Positions 8,977 to 16,720 of a stretch of DNA of 40,000 nt are shown in pieces (position 1 is the first letter of the stretch; each line of letters begins with the position of its first letter). Made by a program: the position numbers and the translations under genes. The DNA lies in assembly GCF_007833275.1 (NCBI RefSeq), contig NZ_CP042241.1:2303490-2343489 (forward strand), written 5' to 3'. The notes beneath the pieces are model-generated. The model ran no database searches and was not told where the DNA came from. It was given only the letters and a program-made list of their open reading frames with translations. The DNA comes from Salarchaeum sp. JOR-1 (GTDB lineage: Archaea > Halobacteriota > Halobacteria > Halobacteriales > Halobacteriaceae).

Positions 8977-9768
8977 TCACGGCCGACCACCCCAGTTCTG
9001 GAAATCCTCGATGTACTGGAGCGCGGTCGACCAGCTCCAGATGCGCCGCAGGTTGGCGTCGAGCGCCCGTTCCCACTCGTCGCCGTCGGCGTCGACGGGG
9101 TGAGCGGTCAACCGCTGCCACGTCGACGCCCACGACCGCCACGGTCGGGAGCCGAGCCGGGCGAACGGCCGGCCGTCGCGGTCGCCGGTCGGGGCGATCC
9201 GCAGGGCGAACTCGTCGCCGGCGTAGACGGTGCGGTGGGCCACGATCTCCTCGGCGGGGTCGACCACGAGCGCGAGGTCGCGGAACTCGTGGCCGGCGCG
9301 GTAGTTGTCGAGCAGCGCCGCCACGAGCAGCGTGTGGTACTTCAGCGAGGTGTACGGGTAGTAGACGCTCTCGTTGAACGCCGAGACGACCTCACTGCCG
9401 AGCCACGCCCGATGGATGGTCTCGGCATCGTCCTTGGTCAGCAGCTGCCTCACGGCGCTCTCCACGTCCGCTCGTGTGAACTCCTCGGGGTCGTACCGGC
9501 TCTCCCCTGTGAGGAGCGAGAGCCGGTAGTGGTTCTCGTGGGTGTCGACCGTCTGCTCGGGCTGGCCGCTGGGCCGGCTAAGTGCCGACGCATCGCCGTC
9601 CGCGCCGAGCGGGACGGTCTGGTTCACCGGGACGCCCGCGAACGTCTCTGGGGCGTACTCGTGGGGCTCGCCGTTCAGTTTGTGAGCGTCGTGGCGGTAC
9701 GCGGCGACCATCTCGTCCTCGGGGCCGTCGTCGTCCTCGAAGTCGGTGAGGCGTGCGTTCTCGCTCAT
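8977..9768 (-). CDS. Conserved-looking uncharacterised protein between the two RAMP genes
   Basis: 263-aa ORF whose ATG overlaps the upstream stop in an ATGA. It is acidic. No motif was recognised. Confidence 0.6.
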   Translation of the reverse strand: MSENARLTDFEDDDGPEDEMVAAYRHDAHKLNGEPHEYAPETFAGVPVNQTVPLGADGDASALSRPSGQPEQTVDTHENHYRLSLLTGESRYDPEEFTRADVESAVRQLLTKDDAETIHRAWLGSEVVSAFNESVYYPYTSLKYHTLLVAALLDNYRAGHEFRDLALVVDPAEEIVAHRTVYAGDEFALRIAPTGDRDGRPFARLGSRPWRSWASTWQRLTAHPVDADGDEWERALDANLRRIWSWSTALQYIEDFQNWGGRP

Positions 9769-10634
9769 CCGTGATCACCGTCGATCCGGGAGGCGAGCGC
9801 GTCCTCGATCTCGTGGCGGTGGTTCTCGGACCACCGCTCGTCCTTGTCGTCCATTTTGTTGGTGTTGCTTTTCGCACGGTCGAAGACGCGCCTCAGTTCG
9901 CGCTCCTCGTAGAGCGGGTTGATGAGGTCGCAGTAGACGATGCCCGCACCGAAGTTCCGAGACCCGCCGAGTTGGTGCATAAAATCGGTGTTATGGGCGT
10001 TGAGGAACTCGACGGCCTCGGCCAGCAGCCCGAGGAACTCGGGCTTCGTCTCGCGGAACGAGAGGTGCCAGCAGCCGTCGAGATTCGCTACGGCGTCGAC
10101 CTCGGTGTTCCGGAGCGGCTCGCGGTTGTCTTCCTCGTTCCGGGAGACGACGTTTCGGTTGAGTCGGCGGTAGTGGCCCTCAGCCTGTCCGCGCTCGTAC
10201 TTCACCGAGGAGCGGACGGGCGAGAACTTGATGGGGCGGCGCATCAGTTTGCCGGGGACGCCGCCGAAGCCACCGAACAGGTCGAAGATCACACAGCCGT
10301 CGTCTTCCTTCGGGTCGTCGACGCACGCGCCCTTCTCGTGGTAGCCGTCCTCGAGGTCACGGTCGTACACGTCCTCTTTCCGGAAGTTGGCGTTGGACTC
10401 GCCGGGGTGGCAGGCGGTCGCGCCGCGCTGCTGAACGACGCCCTCCATCCCGTGACGAAGCCAGCCGGAAAGCGGGTAGGCGGGGATGATGCCGCCGATC
10501 TGGTTCTGCGGGTCATCGTCCTCGTAGTTGTCGCTCGATGCGTGGTGCCGGTCGGTCATAATCGAGTCACCTACGACGAGCAGGTCGCACTCGATCCGAA
10601 CGTACACATCCGTGATGTCGGTGATGTCTGTCAT
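9765..10634 (-). CDS. RAMP-superfamily protein, Cas7-like (Csm3/Cmr4-like), HRAMP-type
   Basis: IPAYPLSGWLRHGME corresponds to the Cas7 IPxSSxKGxLR motif. CVIFDLFGGFGG corresponds to the C..C.LFG motif. HQLGGSRNFGAGIV is a C-terminal G-rich loop. Confidence 0.72.
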   Translation of the reverse strand: MTDITDITDVYVRIECDLLVVGDSIMTDRHHASSDNYEDDDPQNQIGGIIPAYPLSGWLRHGMEGVVQQRGATACHPGESNANFRKEDVYDRDLEDGYHEKGACVDDPKEDDGCVIFDLFGGFGGVPGKLMRRPIKFSPVRSSVKYERGQAEGHYRRLNRNVVSRNEEDNREPLRNTEVDAVANLDGCWHLSFRETKPEFLGLLAEAVEFLNAHNTDFMHQLGGSRNFGAGIVYCDLINPLYEERELRRVFDRAKSNTNKMDDKDERWSENHRHEIEDALASRIDGDHG

Positions 10635-10664
10635 AGTGTGTTGCTGTCTTGATGTACGGCGTGG

Positions 10665-10799
10665 TCAGCGTGCGGAGAGGGCGGCGTGGAGTTCGTCTAC
10701 GCTGCCGACGGTAATGTCGCCCACTTTATACACCTTCTTCGTTTGACCATTCTCGTCCCGGTAGATGCGAGCCGTCACGCGGGAATCACTCGTCGGCAT
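10665..10799 (-). CDS. Possible 44-aa small protein (MPTSDSRVTARIYRDENGQTKKVYKVGDITVGSVDELHAALSAR)
   Basis: Hand-translated; it falls below the ORF-track cutoff. Its ATG overlaps the end of the upstream gene by 14 nt. It ends 30 nt before the Cas7-like start. Confidence 0.3.
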   Translation of the reverse strand: MPTSDSRVTARIYRDENGQTKKVYKVGDITVGSVDELHAALSAR

Positions 10800-11190
10800 C
10801 ATCCACCTCGCGTCGACGGTCAAGTTCCTCAGCAGCTTGGAACAGTATGGTAGCCAGTTCGCGGGCTTCGTCGGTCGTGAGACCGGTCAACTGTCCGGCT
10901 CGCACGTTACCGTCGCCCTTGGCCTCAATCTCCAGCGACACACCCTCAGTCCAGTACGTCACCTGAGCAAGCCGCTCGGTGAAATCGTCGTCGTTGAACG
11001 TGAGCCGACCGTACTCACCGTCGGCGCTGGCCGTCACTTCATCTGGTGTGATTTCACCGGTCACGTAGAGACTGGTGCCGAGCGGCTCCCAGTTTTCGAC
11101 ATTCTGGATGTCGTAGTCCTCATTCTCCCAGCGAGACGCTGCGAGCGCAGCGACGCCGCCGAGGTACTGACGACGGGTTAGGTCAGTCAT
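10786..11190 (-). CDS. Small Tat-signal secreted acidic protein
   Basis: The internal ATG at 11190 gives MTDLTRRQYLGGVAALAAS, a twin-arginine signal. It is a paralogue of the next gene (shared ...GL..DEARELA... pattern). It overlaps the upstream gene by 8 nt. Confidence 0.65.
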   Translation of the reverse strand: MTDLTRRQYLGGVAALAASRWENEDYDIQNVENWEPLGTSLYVTGEITPDEVTASADGEYGRLTFNDDDFTERLAQVTYWTEGVSLEIEAKGDGNVRAGQLTGLTTDEARELATILFQAAEELDRRREVDDADE

Positions 11191-11548
11191 CGAATTCTCC
11201 CTCCGCTGCATCGGTGGCGACCACCAGCCGGGCGGCAAGGTCGCGGGCGTCGTCGGGGTCGAGGCCGGTGCCGACCTTGATGGGGCCGGACATCCACCGG
11301 AGTCCGACGCCGCTCCAGCCGCCCTCTTCGTGAACGCCTTCAACTTCGAGCGGGCCACCATTCATCTCCGCGGTGACGTGGACGTTGTTGAGGTCTCCGG
11401 GGACGGAACCGCAGTCCGTCAGCGAGTGCGTCCCGTCGTCGGTGACACTCCGGTCTTCCACGATTTCCTCGGGAGCGGGCGTGTCGCCAGCCGCCGCCTG
11501 CGGGAGCGTAGCGAGCGCGGCGGCGGCGAGGAACTGACGGCGCTGCAT
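11183..11548 (-). CDS. Small Tat-signal secreted acidic protein (paralogue)
   Basis: The internal ATG at 11548 gives MQRRQFLAAAALATLPQAAAG. The ORF-track extension upstream is implausible. Confidence 0.65.
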   Translation of the reverse strand: MQRRQFLAAAALATLPQAAAGDTPAPEEIVEDRSVTDDGTHSLTDCGSVPGDLNNVHVTAEMNGGPLEVEGVHEEGGWSGVGLRWMSGPIKVGTGLDPDDARDLAARLVVATDAAEGEFDD

Positions 11549-11706
11549 TAAGCCGTCACCCCCTCGAAGCCCTTCCGGCCAGAAATGTAGCAGTCGGCGC
11601 ACGGGAAGCCTTCGGAGAGCTTCGCGCATTCGTCGCAGGTGTCTTCTTCAGTCGGTTCGACCGTCGTACCGAGACTTTCTTGCCCCGGCGCCGCGTTCGT
11701 TGACAT
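11548..11706 (-). CDS. Possible 52-aa zinc-ribbon-like protein (CDEC...CADC)
   Basis: Hand-translated: MSTNAAPGQESLGTTVEPTEEDTCDECAKLSEGFPCADCYISGRKGFEGVTA. Its TAA overlaps the next ATG as TAATG. Confidence 0.45.
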   Translation of the reverse strand: MSTNAAPGQESLGTTVEPTEEDTCDECAKLSEGFPCADCYISGRKGFEGVTA

Positions 11707-11798
11707 GGGTTCTTCATTCACCGTGGGGAACCCGGCCCGCGTGTCACAGCACGCGGGCGTTCCTTCGACCGCTACGCCCTGAGGGCCGGGCTTTCACA

Positions 11799-11893
11799 TC
11801 ACTGGTTACTATTTGTAGTCACTTATAGGTTACTGCTCACAGTCACTATGACTGTAACCAGTAATTAAGTAACTGCACGCAGTAATAGGTACT
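11799..11893. promoter_or_regulatory. AT-rich divergent promoter with iterated palindromic AGTNACT heptamers and a 9-bp inverted repeat
   Basis: AGTCACT occurs at 11817 and 11841, and AGTAACT at 11868. Related GGTTACT/GGTACT copies are also present. actggttac (11801-11809) is inverted against gtaaccagt (11854-11862). Confidence 0.4.
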
Positions 11894-12133
11894 ATGGCAG
11901 AAGCCAGCCAACGAGCGGGTATGGTAGACGACCAGTACCGTGGACTCCTCACCGAGCGTGAGCGTGAAATCATCAAGGGGGAGGCAGACGTTTCCGACAA
12001 CTACCGCTACCGAGTGGTGAGTCGCGTCCGAACCAAGATCGAGAACGTGGGTGAGGACGTGGAAATACTGGCGGAGAACCGCGACGATCTGCTCGAAGAG
12101 CTTCGAGATAAAGTCTGCGAGGGAGACGAGTGA
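11894..12133 (+). CDS. Small putative DNA-binding regulator (haloarchaeal plasmid/virus-type)
   Basis: 79 aa. The segment LTEREREIIKGEADVSDNYRYRVVSRVRTKI is an HTH-like segment common in haloarchaeal mobile elements. Confidence 0.65.
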   Translation: MAEASQRAGMVDDQYRGLLTEREREIIKGEADVSDNYRYRVVSRVRTKIENVGEDVEILAENRDDLLEELRDKVCEGDE

Positions 12134-12166
12134 CGTCGAAGGGTTACGTGATAGACACTGCTATCG

Positions 12167-12171
12167 TTTTT
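12167..12171 (+). terminator. T5 run after the small regulator gene
   Basis: Haloarchaeal terminators are typically oligo-T tracts. This run lies 34 nt after the stop codon. Confidence 0.3.
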
Positions 12172-12404
12172 GGAAGAAACATCATTCAAAGTCCAGAATA
12201 TCTGTCGTGTTGAATAGCGGTGCTGGCTGGGATGGTTGAATTTTTGATTCGCTTGTCAGGGGCTGATGCCGGCGGTCTCAAAATCGGTGCCGCTTCACCG
12301 TGTCTCAGAGGATGCCATTCAACACAGCACAACCTTCTGCAATCCACCCGGGTGGAATGATGAGGCGAATGGCTGCGGGCGTCCGGGTGAATTCGGACGG
12401 CAGG

Positions 12405-12758
12405 TCAGGTGTCGTATCGGATTTCGCTGAGATGGTCCCAGAGTTCGACGCAGCCGGAGTCGTACTTGACGTTCCGGAGGTAGCCCGGACGACCGCCTTC
12501 GTCACGTGCGTCCTCGGAGGCCATCGCTCGGGGTGGGTTGCGGAAGAGGAGGTCGCCGATGAGGACGAGCGCGAACACGGAACTCACGCCGATCGCGAGG
12601 TTCTGCATTGCGGGAACGACACCGGCAAGACCGATTCCGACGGCGAACACGCCGGCGATGCCGAGGAGCATGTAGTCCGGACGGGAGACTCGTTCCTGGA
12701 GCGTCCGGTAGCCCTCTCGGCTTGCGGCGGGTTCGTGGGGTGGTTCGCCGTCGGTCAT
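12405..12758 (-). CDS. Small membrane protein (two predicted TM helices)
   Basis: 117 aa with hydrophobic segments LLGIAGVFAVGIGLAGVV and AIGVSSVFALVLIGDLL. I prefer it over the opposite-strand ORF 12300..12773, which is Arg/Gly-rich. Confidence 0.55.
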   Translation of the reverse strand: MTDGEPPHEPAASREGYRTLQERVSRPDYMLLGIAGVFAVGIGLAGVVPAMQNLAIGVSSVFALVLIGDLLFRNPPRAMASEDARDEGGRPGYLRNVKYDSGCVELWDHLSEIRYDT

Positions 12759-12805
12759 CGTGCGTGGCAGTGATAGCGTTTCTCTAAAAAACCTGGTGGT
12801 AGGGG

Positions 12806-14152
12806 TCAGACGAGGCTAGTGCCGTCGAACTCCCGCTGATCGTAGTCCATCTCCATCAAGTCGAGAATCGTGGGCGTGATGTCGTAGAGGTTCGTGTCCG
12901 CGATGCTGGCCGCTGGGTCATCGACGAAGAGCGTGGCGTCGTCGAACGAATGCATCCCGTTCCGCGGGCCGTGCTCGAACACGTCGTGGTCGTCACTGAA
13001 CCCCGCCTTCAGGTCGAAGCCCTCACGGGGGATCGCGACGAGATCGGGCGCGATGTCATCGTGTGGGCCCGCGAACGCGTCCGCCTTCGTGACCACGCGC
13101 TCGATCACTGGGTCGCCGTCCGGGCCCGTGAGCGATTCGAGCTTCGCCGCGAGGTCGTTTCGAACGTCGTCGTAGTCCGCCTGGGGAACGCTCCCACGTG
13201 GCTCGCGGCCGTCGAGGTTGAGGTAGAACCGCCCCGGAATGAACGAATACGCCTTCGTCTCGCTACTGATGTCGTCAAGATTCTCCGGGTCGCTCGTTCG
13301 GAAGTCGAGCCAGCCCTCGGCGTGAAGCCACGTGTTCAGGTAGACCTCGTACGCCTCGGTCTGGAAGCCGTGATCCGAGGCGACGATAAGCGTCACATCA
13401 TCCGGAAGCTGGTCGCGGAGCCGGCCGATGTACTCATCTACTTTCTCGTAGAAATCGAGAAACTCCTCCTTGTACTCGCCGTCCTGGGCGTAGTCGCCGT
13501 AGAGGAAGTGGTTCACGCGATCCGTGGTCATGAACACCCCGAAGAAGAGGTCCCAGTCGTCCGCCGCGATATAATGAGAGAACGCCTCGTAGCGCGCGTC
13601 CAGCGTCTCGTGGGCGTTCTCGATGAACGCGGACTTGTCGTCTTGGTGGCCGAGTTTCGCGTTCGCGTCGATCCGGTAGTCGATGGACTCCAGGTACTCT
13701 GCGACCTCCTGGTCCGAGGACGCCTTCTCGATGCCGGGGGAGAGGAATCCGGAGACCATGCGCTGGAGGTTCCCCTGGGGCGGGAAGGTGACGGGGACGT
13801 TCACTACTGTGGCGTCCCGGCCGGCGTCCGTGACGCGATCCCAGACCCGGGTCGCCTGCACGTCACGCCCCATCGGCACGTACGTCTCGTAGCTTCCGTT
13901 CTCCCGATCCTGGAACCCATACACGCCCGTCTCACCTGGATTCACGCCGGTGGTGAGCGCGGGCCAGCACGCCGACGACTCCGGCGGCACAATCGACTCG
14001 ATCTCCCCACTTGCGCCGTCCTCACTGAGCGCGTGGAGGTTCGGGAACACGTCTGGGTTGTCCTGGATGAGGCTGTCGGGGACGCCGTCGATGCCGAGGA
14101 AGGCGACGCGGGGCTTGTCGGTGTCGCCGCGGAGTTTATCGAACAGCCCCAT
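12806..14152 (-). CDS. Alkaline-phosphatase-superfamily protein (nucleotide pyrophosphatase/phosphodiesterase-like)
   Basis: 448 aa. The N-terminal VAFLGIDGVP and CWPALTTG segments and the later LIVASDHGF segment are metal-site motifs of this fold. Confidence 0.85.
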   Translation of the reverse strand: MGLFDKLRGDTDKPRVAFLGIDGVPDSLIQDNPDVFPNLHALSEDGASGEIESIVPPESSACWPALTTGVNPGETGVYGFQDRENGSYETYVPMGRDVQATRVWDRVTDAGRDATVVNVPVTFPPQGNLQRMVSGFLSPGIEKASSDQEVAEYLESIDYRIDANAKLGHQDDKSAFIENAHETLDARYEAFSHYIAADDWDLFFGVFMTTDRVNHFLYGDYAQDGEYKEEFLDFYEKVDEYIGRLRDQLPDDVTLIVASDHGFQTEAYEVYLNTWLHAEGWLDFRTSDPENLDDISSETKAYSFIPGRFYLNLDGREPRGSVPQADYDDVRNDLAAKLESLTGPDGDPVIERVVTKADAFAGPHDDIAPDLVAIPREGFDLKAGFSDDHDVFEHGPRNGMHSFDDATLFVDDPAASIADTNLYDITPTILDLMEMDYDQREFDGTSLV

Positions 14153-14155
14153 CGT

Positions 14156-15175
14156 TTACATGTACCCGAGATCGCGAAGCCGCTCCATCAGGTCTTCCTT
14201 GTCCTGGGCGCGGCCCGCACGCTCCGTGGTCTCTTCAAGGTTCTGCAACCACGCCGGTTCGTCCTCGGCCTTCTCCGTACTGACCTCCGACCCGAGACTC
14301 CGGAAGCCCTCGAAGTACTTCGGCGATATGGGGATGTCCGCGTGCGTGAGGTCGTTCGGGAGATCGTCGTAGGATTGGGGGACGTAGCCGTCGTCCGGGA
14401 ATCCCGCGACGGTTTCGGGGACGACGTAGTACCAGAAGGCGTCCCAGACCGCGCGCTCGTCGAACTGCAGGATCGGCTGCACTCGATCGTGGGGCGGATA
14501 GATATCGGGGTCGTGACGCGGCGAGTAGAACGTCTCGTCGGCGCGGGCTTCCTGTTCGTCCCACCGAATCCCACTGAAGATGCCGTCCACGTCGTACTCC
14601 TCTAAGGCGTCATTGAGGGCGACGGTCTTCAGGAGGTGGTTGCCGACGTAGGTGTCGAGGAGGAACGGGAAGCTGTCTTCCTCGTACTCGAGGAGGTCGC
14701 GCACGTGGTGCTGGTTGTGCTCCGAGAGTTCGCTGATCGGGATGTCGTCGCCCGGCGTCAGGTCGTGTTCGGCGACATACTCGCCGACGTCCTCGTTCCG
14801 CGCGTAGATGACGTCGAGCTCCCACTCTTGGGCCCAGTAGTCGACGAAGTCATGGAGGTCGTCGAAATGCTGGAAGTGATCGATGAAGATTGCTGGTGGG
14901 AGGTCGTACCCGAACTCCTCCGCTACTTCCTTGACGAAGTAGAGCGTGAGGGTGGAGTCCTTCCCGCCCGTCCACATGATCGCGGGGTTCTCGTACTCCT
15001 CCAGGCCCTGTCGAGTGACTTCGATAGCCTTCTCGATCTTGTCTTCGAGACTCGGATACTCCTCGGGAGATTCGTTCTCGCCGCTACTGTAGTCGACGTC
15101 GAGATACTCCGGGAACGACTGACTGGCCATGACTATACCGACGACGTAGTCTGGGGAGGATAAAGGCTTGTTCAT
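14156..15175 (-). CDS. PAPS reductase / ATP-sulfurylase-subunit-2 family protein (PP-loop ATP pyrophosphatase)
   Basis: 339 aa with a PP-loop (WTGGKDSTL). It sits 3 nt upstream of the phosphodiesterase-like gene. An alternative start is ATG 15130. Confidence 0.85.
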   Translation of the reverse strand: MNKPLSSPDYVVGIVMASQSFPEYLDVDYSSGENESPEEYPSLEDKIEKAIEVTRQGLEEYENPAIMWTGGKDSTLTLYFVKEVAEEFGYDLPPAIFIDHFQHFDDLHDFVDYWAQEWELDVIYARNEDVGEYVAEHDLTPGDDIPISELSEHNQHHVRDLLEYEEDSFPFLLDTYVGNHLLKTVALNDALEEYDVDGIFSGIRWDEQEARADETFYSPRHDPDIYPPHDRVQPILQFDERAVWDAFWYYVVPETVAGFPDDGYVPQSYDDLPNDLTHADIPISPKYFEGFRSLGSEVSTEKAEDEPAWLQNLEETTERAGRAQDKEDLMERLRDLGYM

Positions 15176-15292
15176 ACCATCAGGTAGTGTTCAGATAAGC
15201 TTTTTTCGTGCGAATCCGAACGTTTGAAGCTGATTTTCGACAGTATCTGCTTCTAGATAGCTGAAACATCTATAGGGCAGGTTGGTTCGGCG

Positions 15293-15583
15293 TTATAATT
15301 CTCCAAGGAAACGTTCAACGCTGTTCCAATTACCGTGTTTCTCGTATCTGTAATCGAGCCTGTGTCGGGGCAGTATTGCTTGCAGCCATGGTGCAGAATC
15401 AACGAAATGTTTGTCGCAGAGTTCCGCGATAATCACCTCGGTGATCGTCCGATTTTTATTGGAGAACCCTTGTAGTACGGCAATCGTTTCGTGTCGGAAC
15501 TGATAACAGCGTACAGCCAGAGCGTTCCATTTAGATGAATAATTTCCCGTCAACCGTAACACGATTCGTCTTTGCGCTATCAA
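15293..15583 (-). pseudogene. C-terminal remnant of an IS6-family (haloarchaeal IS240-type) transposase
   Basis: HFVDSAPWLQAILPRHRLDYRYEKHGNWNSVERFLGEL resembles the DGAxWL...HGNRNxVERxFxExKRR tail of these transposases. There is no ATG, no catalytic N-terminal part, and no IRs were found. Confidence 0.5.
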
Positions 15584-15900
15584 GCGGCCGTAAATCTACC
15601 TTCGGTAACCAATTGCGACCGGTCGTTCGACACTCAACATATCAAAACTGAATTAGAATCCGGAAGCAGTAGTCCAATCAAATAAGTTGGATACCAAGCT
15701 TCAAGTCAGGTTCGAATTTCGTCTCTCCCACTAGAAACCTAACTCAAAGCAATCAGGACTCCAATGAGGCGGGAATTTCTGGCATGAACACTAGAAGATT
15801 GCCCCGTGTCACTCTTCATCCTTATCTGGACAGTACTCCTGTACAGACTAGTAAACTATATACGGCCAACATTTCGGCTTCGCGATAACTGGGGACCTCG

Positions 15901-16440
15901 TTGAAACCGGGGAAACAGTTATTAAAACCGCTATACTTTCGCTTCCTTTCAACAGCGGCCAACAGGCGATCGGATTTGCCTAAATCTAAATTTAACCCAC
16001 TCAAAACTGCGCCCGATCACATTGTTGTTGTCACAGTCGATGCGTTGCGGCCAGATTCTGTCCCGGAAATCGGAATAGAGTTTTCACATGCTATTACACC
16101 GGGTACATGGACGTTCCCAGCAGTTACGAGCATTCTATCTGGACTGTATCCTCACGAACACGGGGCCAATACTATTGTCACAGATGGGGATGAAAACCAA
16201 CAAGTACCCTCCGAGCCACAAGAGATAGCCAATCCCTCCGGTGGTTGGCCCAGTCTTACCGATATATACCCAGTAATTCTAAACACAGTGGGAGAGTCTG
16301 TCAAAGGAGAACTATGGACTGAACCAATCCCGGACGACAGAAGTGGTCTCTGTGAGGCCAGCCATTATGGAAGTGAGCGAAAAGCTGTCAATTGTGGAAC
16401 GCAGAAATTACTTCGGTCAAAGAACGACAATATTACGTAG
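15901..16440 (+). pseudogene. Sulfatase-like (alkaline phosphatase superfamily) N-terminal fragment
   Basis: VVVTVDALRPD and TPGTWTFPAVTSILSGLYPHEHG match the sulfatase N-terminal metal/active-site region. The ORF begins at TTG, loses similarity after about 100 aa, and is far too short to be full length. Confidence 0.5.
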
Positions 16441-16720
16441 TTGGCTCCATTAACACTGATACGAATACTGGATCACTTTCGCGTGGGATCGATGACGAGT
16501 TAAATTCAAAACTTCTTTAAAAATGACTGGCTTCAAGTCAGACTCAATTAGTTAGTGGTTTTGCGGAAGAACAACTCGAAGCGCTTGGATATAAGTAATG
16601 TGTCTACGAGTAAGAATTTAATTTGGTCGAGAACTGATGGCGGAGTTCAAGCCAAGACTAGATAATATCGTTAATTGAGATAAGTTAATGGAAGCAATTT
16701 ATACCAGTTATTGATGAAAC

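Noticed and set aside
8960-9142. N-terminal extension of the Cas5-like ORF; similar extensions at 10786..11361, 11183..11629 and 128..760
   Set aside because: These extensions overlap the upstream genes and are Arg/Pro-rich. Internal ATGs give sensible starts: Tat signals in two cases and a short intergenic gap in another.
8543-10652. Long plus-strand ORFs (8543..9103, 8970..9377, 9100..9774, 9753..10652) opposite the RAMP operon
   Set aside because: They are Arg/Val/Gly-rich antisense shadows with no motifs. The minus-strand genes carry RAMP motifs and operon-type overlaps.
8042-11706. Search for a CRISPR array or leader near the RAMP genes
   Set aside because: Reading the flanks and the rest of the window, I saw no regularly spaced direct repeats of 25-40 bp. 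A computational repeat scan is still advisable.
12950-14605. 551-aa ORF on the plus strand spanning two minus-strand genes
   Set aside because: It runs antisense across both the phosphodiesterase-like and the PAPS-reductase-like genes, which have clear family motifs. Its V/R/L/E-rich composition is typical of shadow ORFs in high-G+C DNA.
15700-15735. GGTTCGAAT, resembling a tRNA T-loop, as a possible tRNA or att-site remnant
   Set aside because: The flanking bases do not form a T-stem or an acceptor stem, and no cloverleaf can be drawn.
15698-16541. 12-nt direct repeat GCTTCAAGTCAG at 15698 and 16530 flanking the sulfatase-like fragment
   Set aside because: Exact 12-mers are expected to recur by chance tens of times in 40 kb. 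No extended similarity surrounds the two copies.
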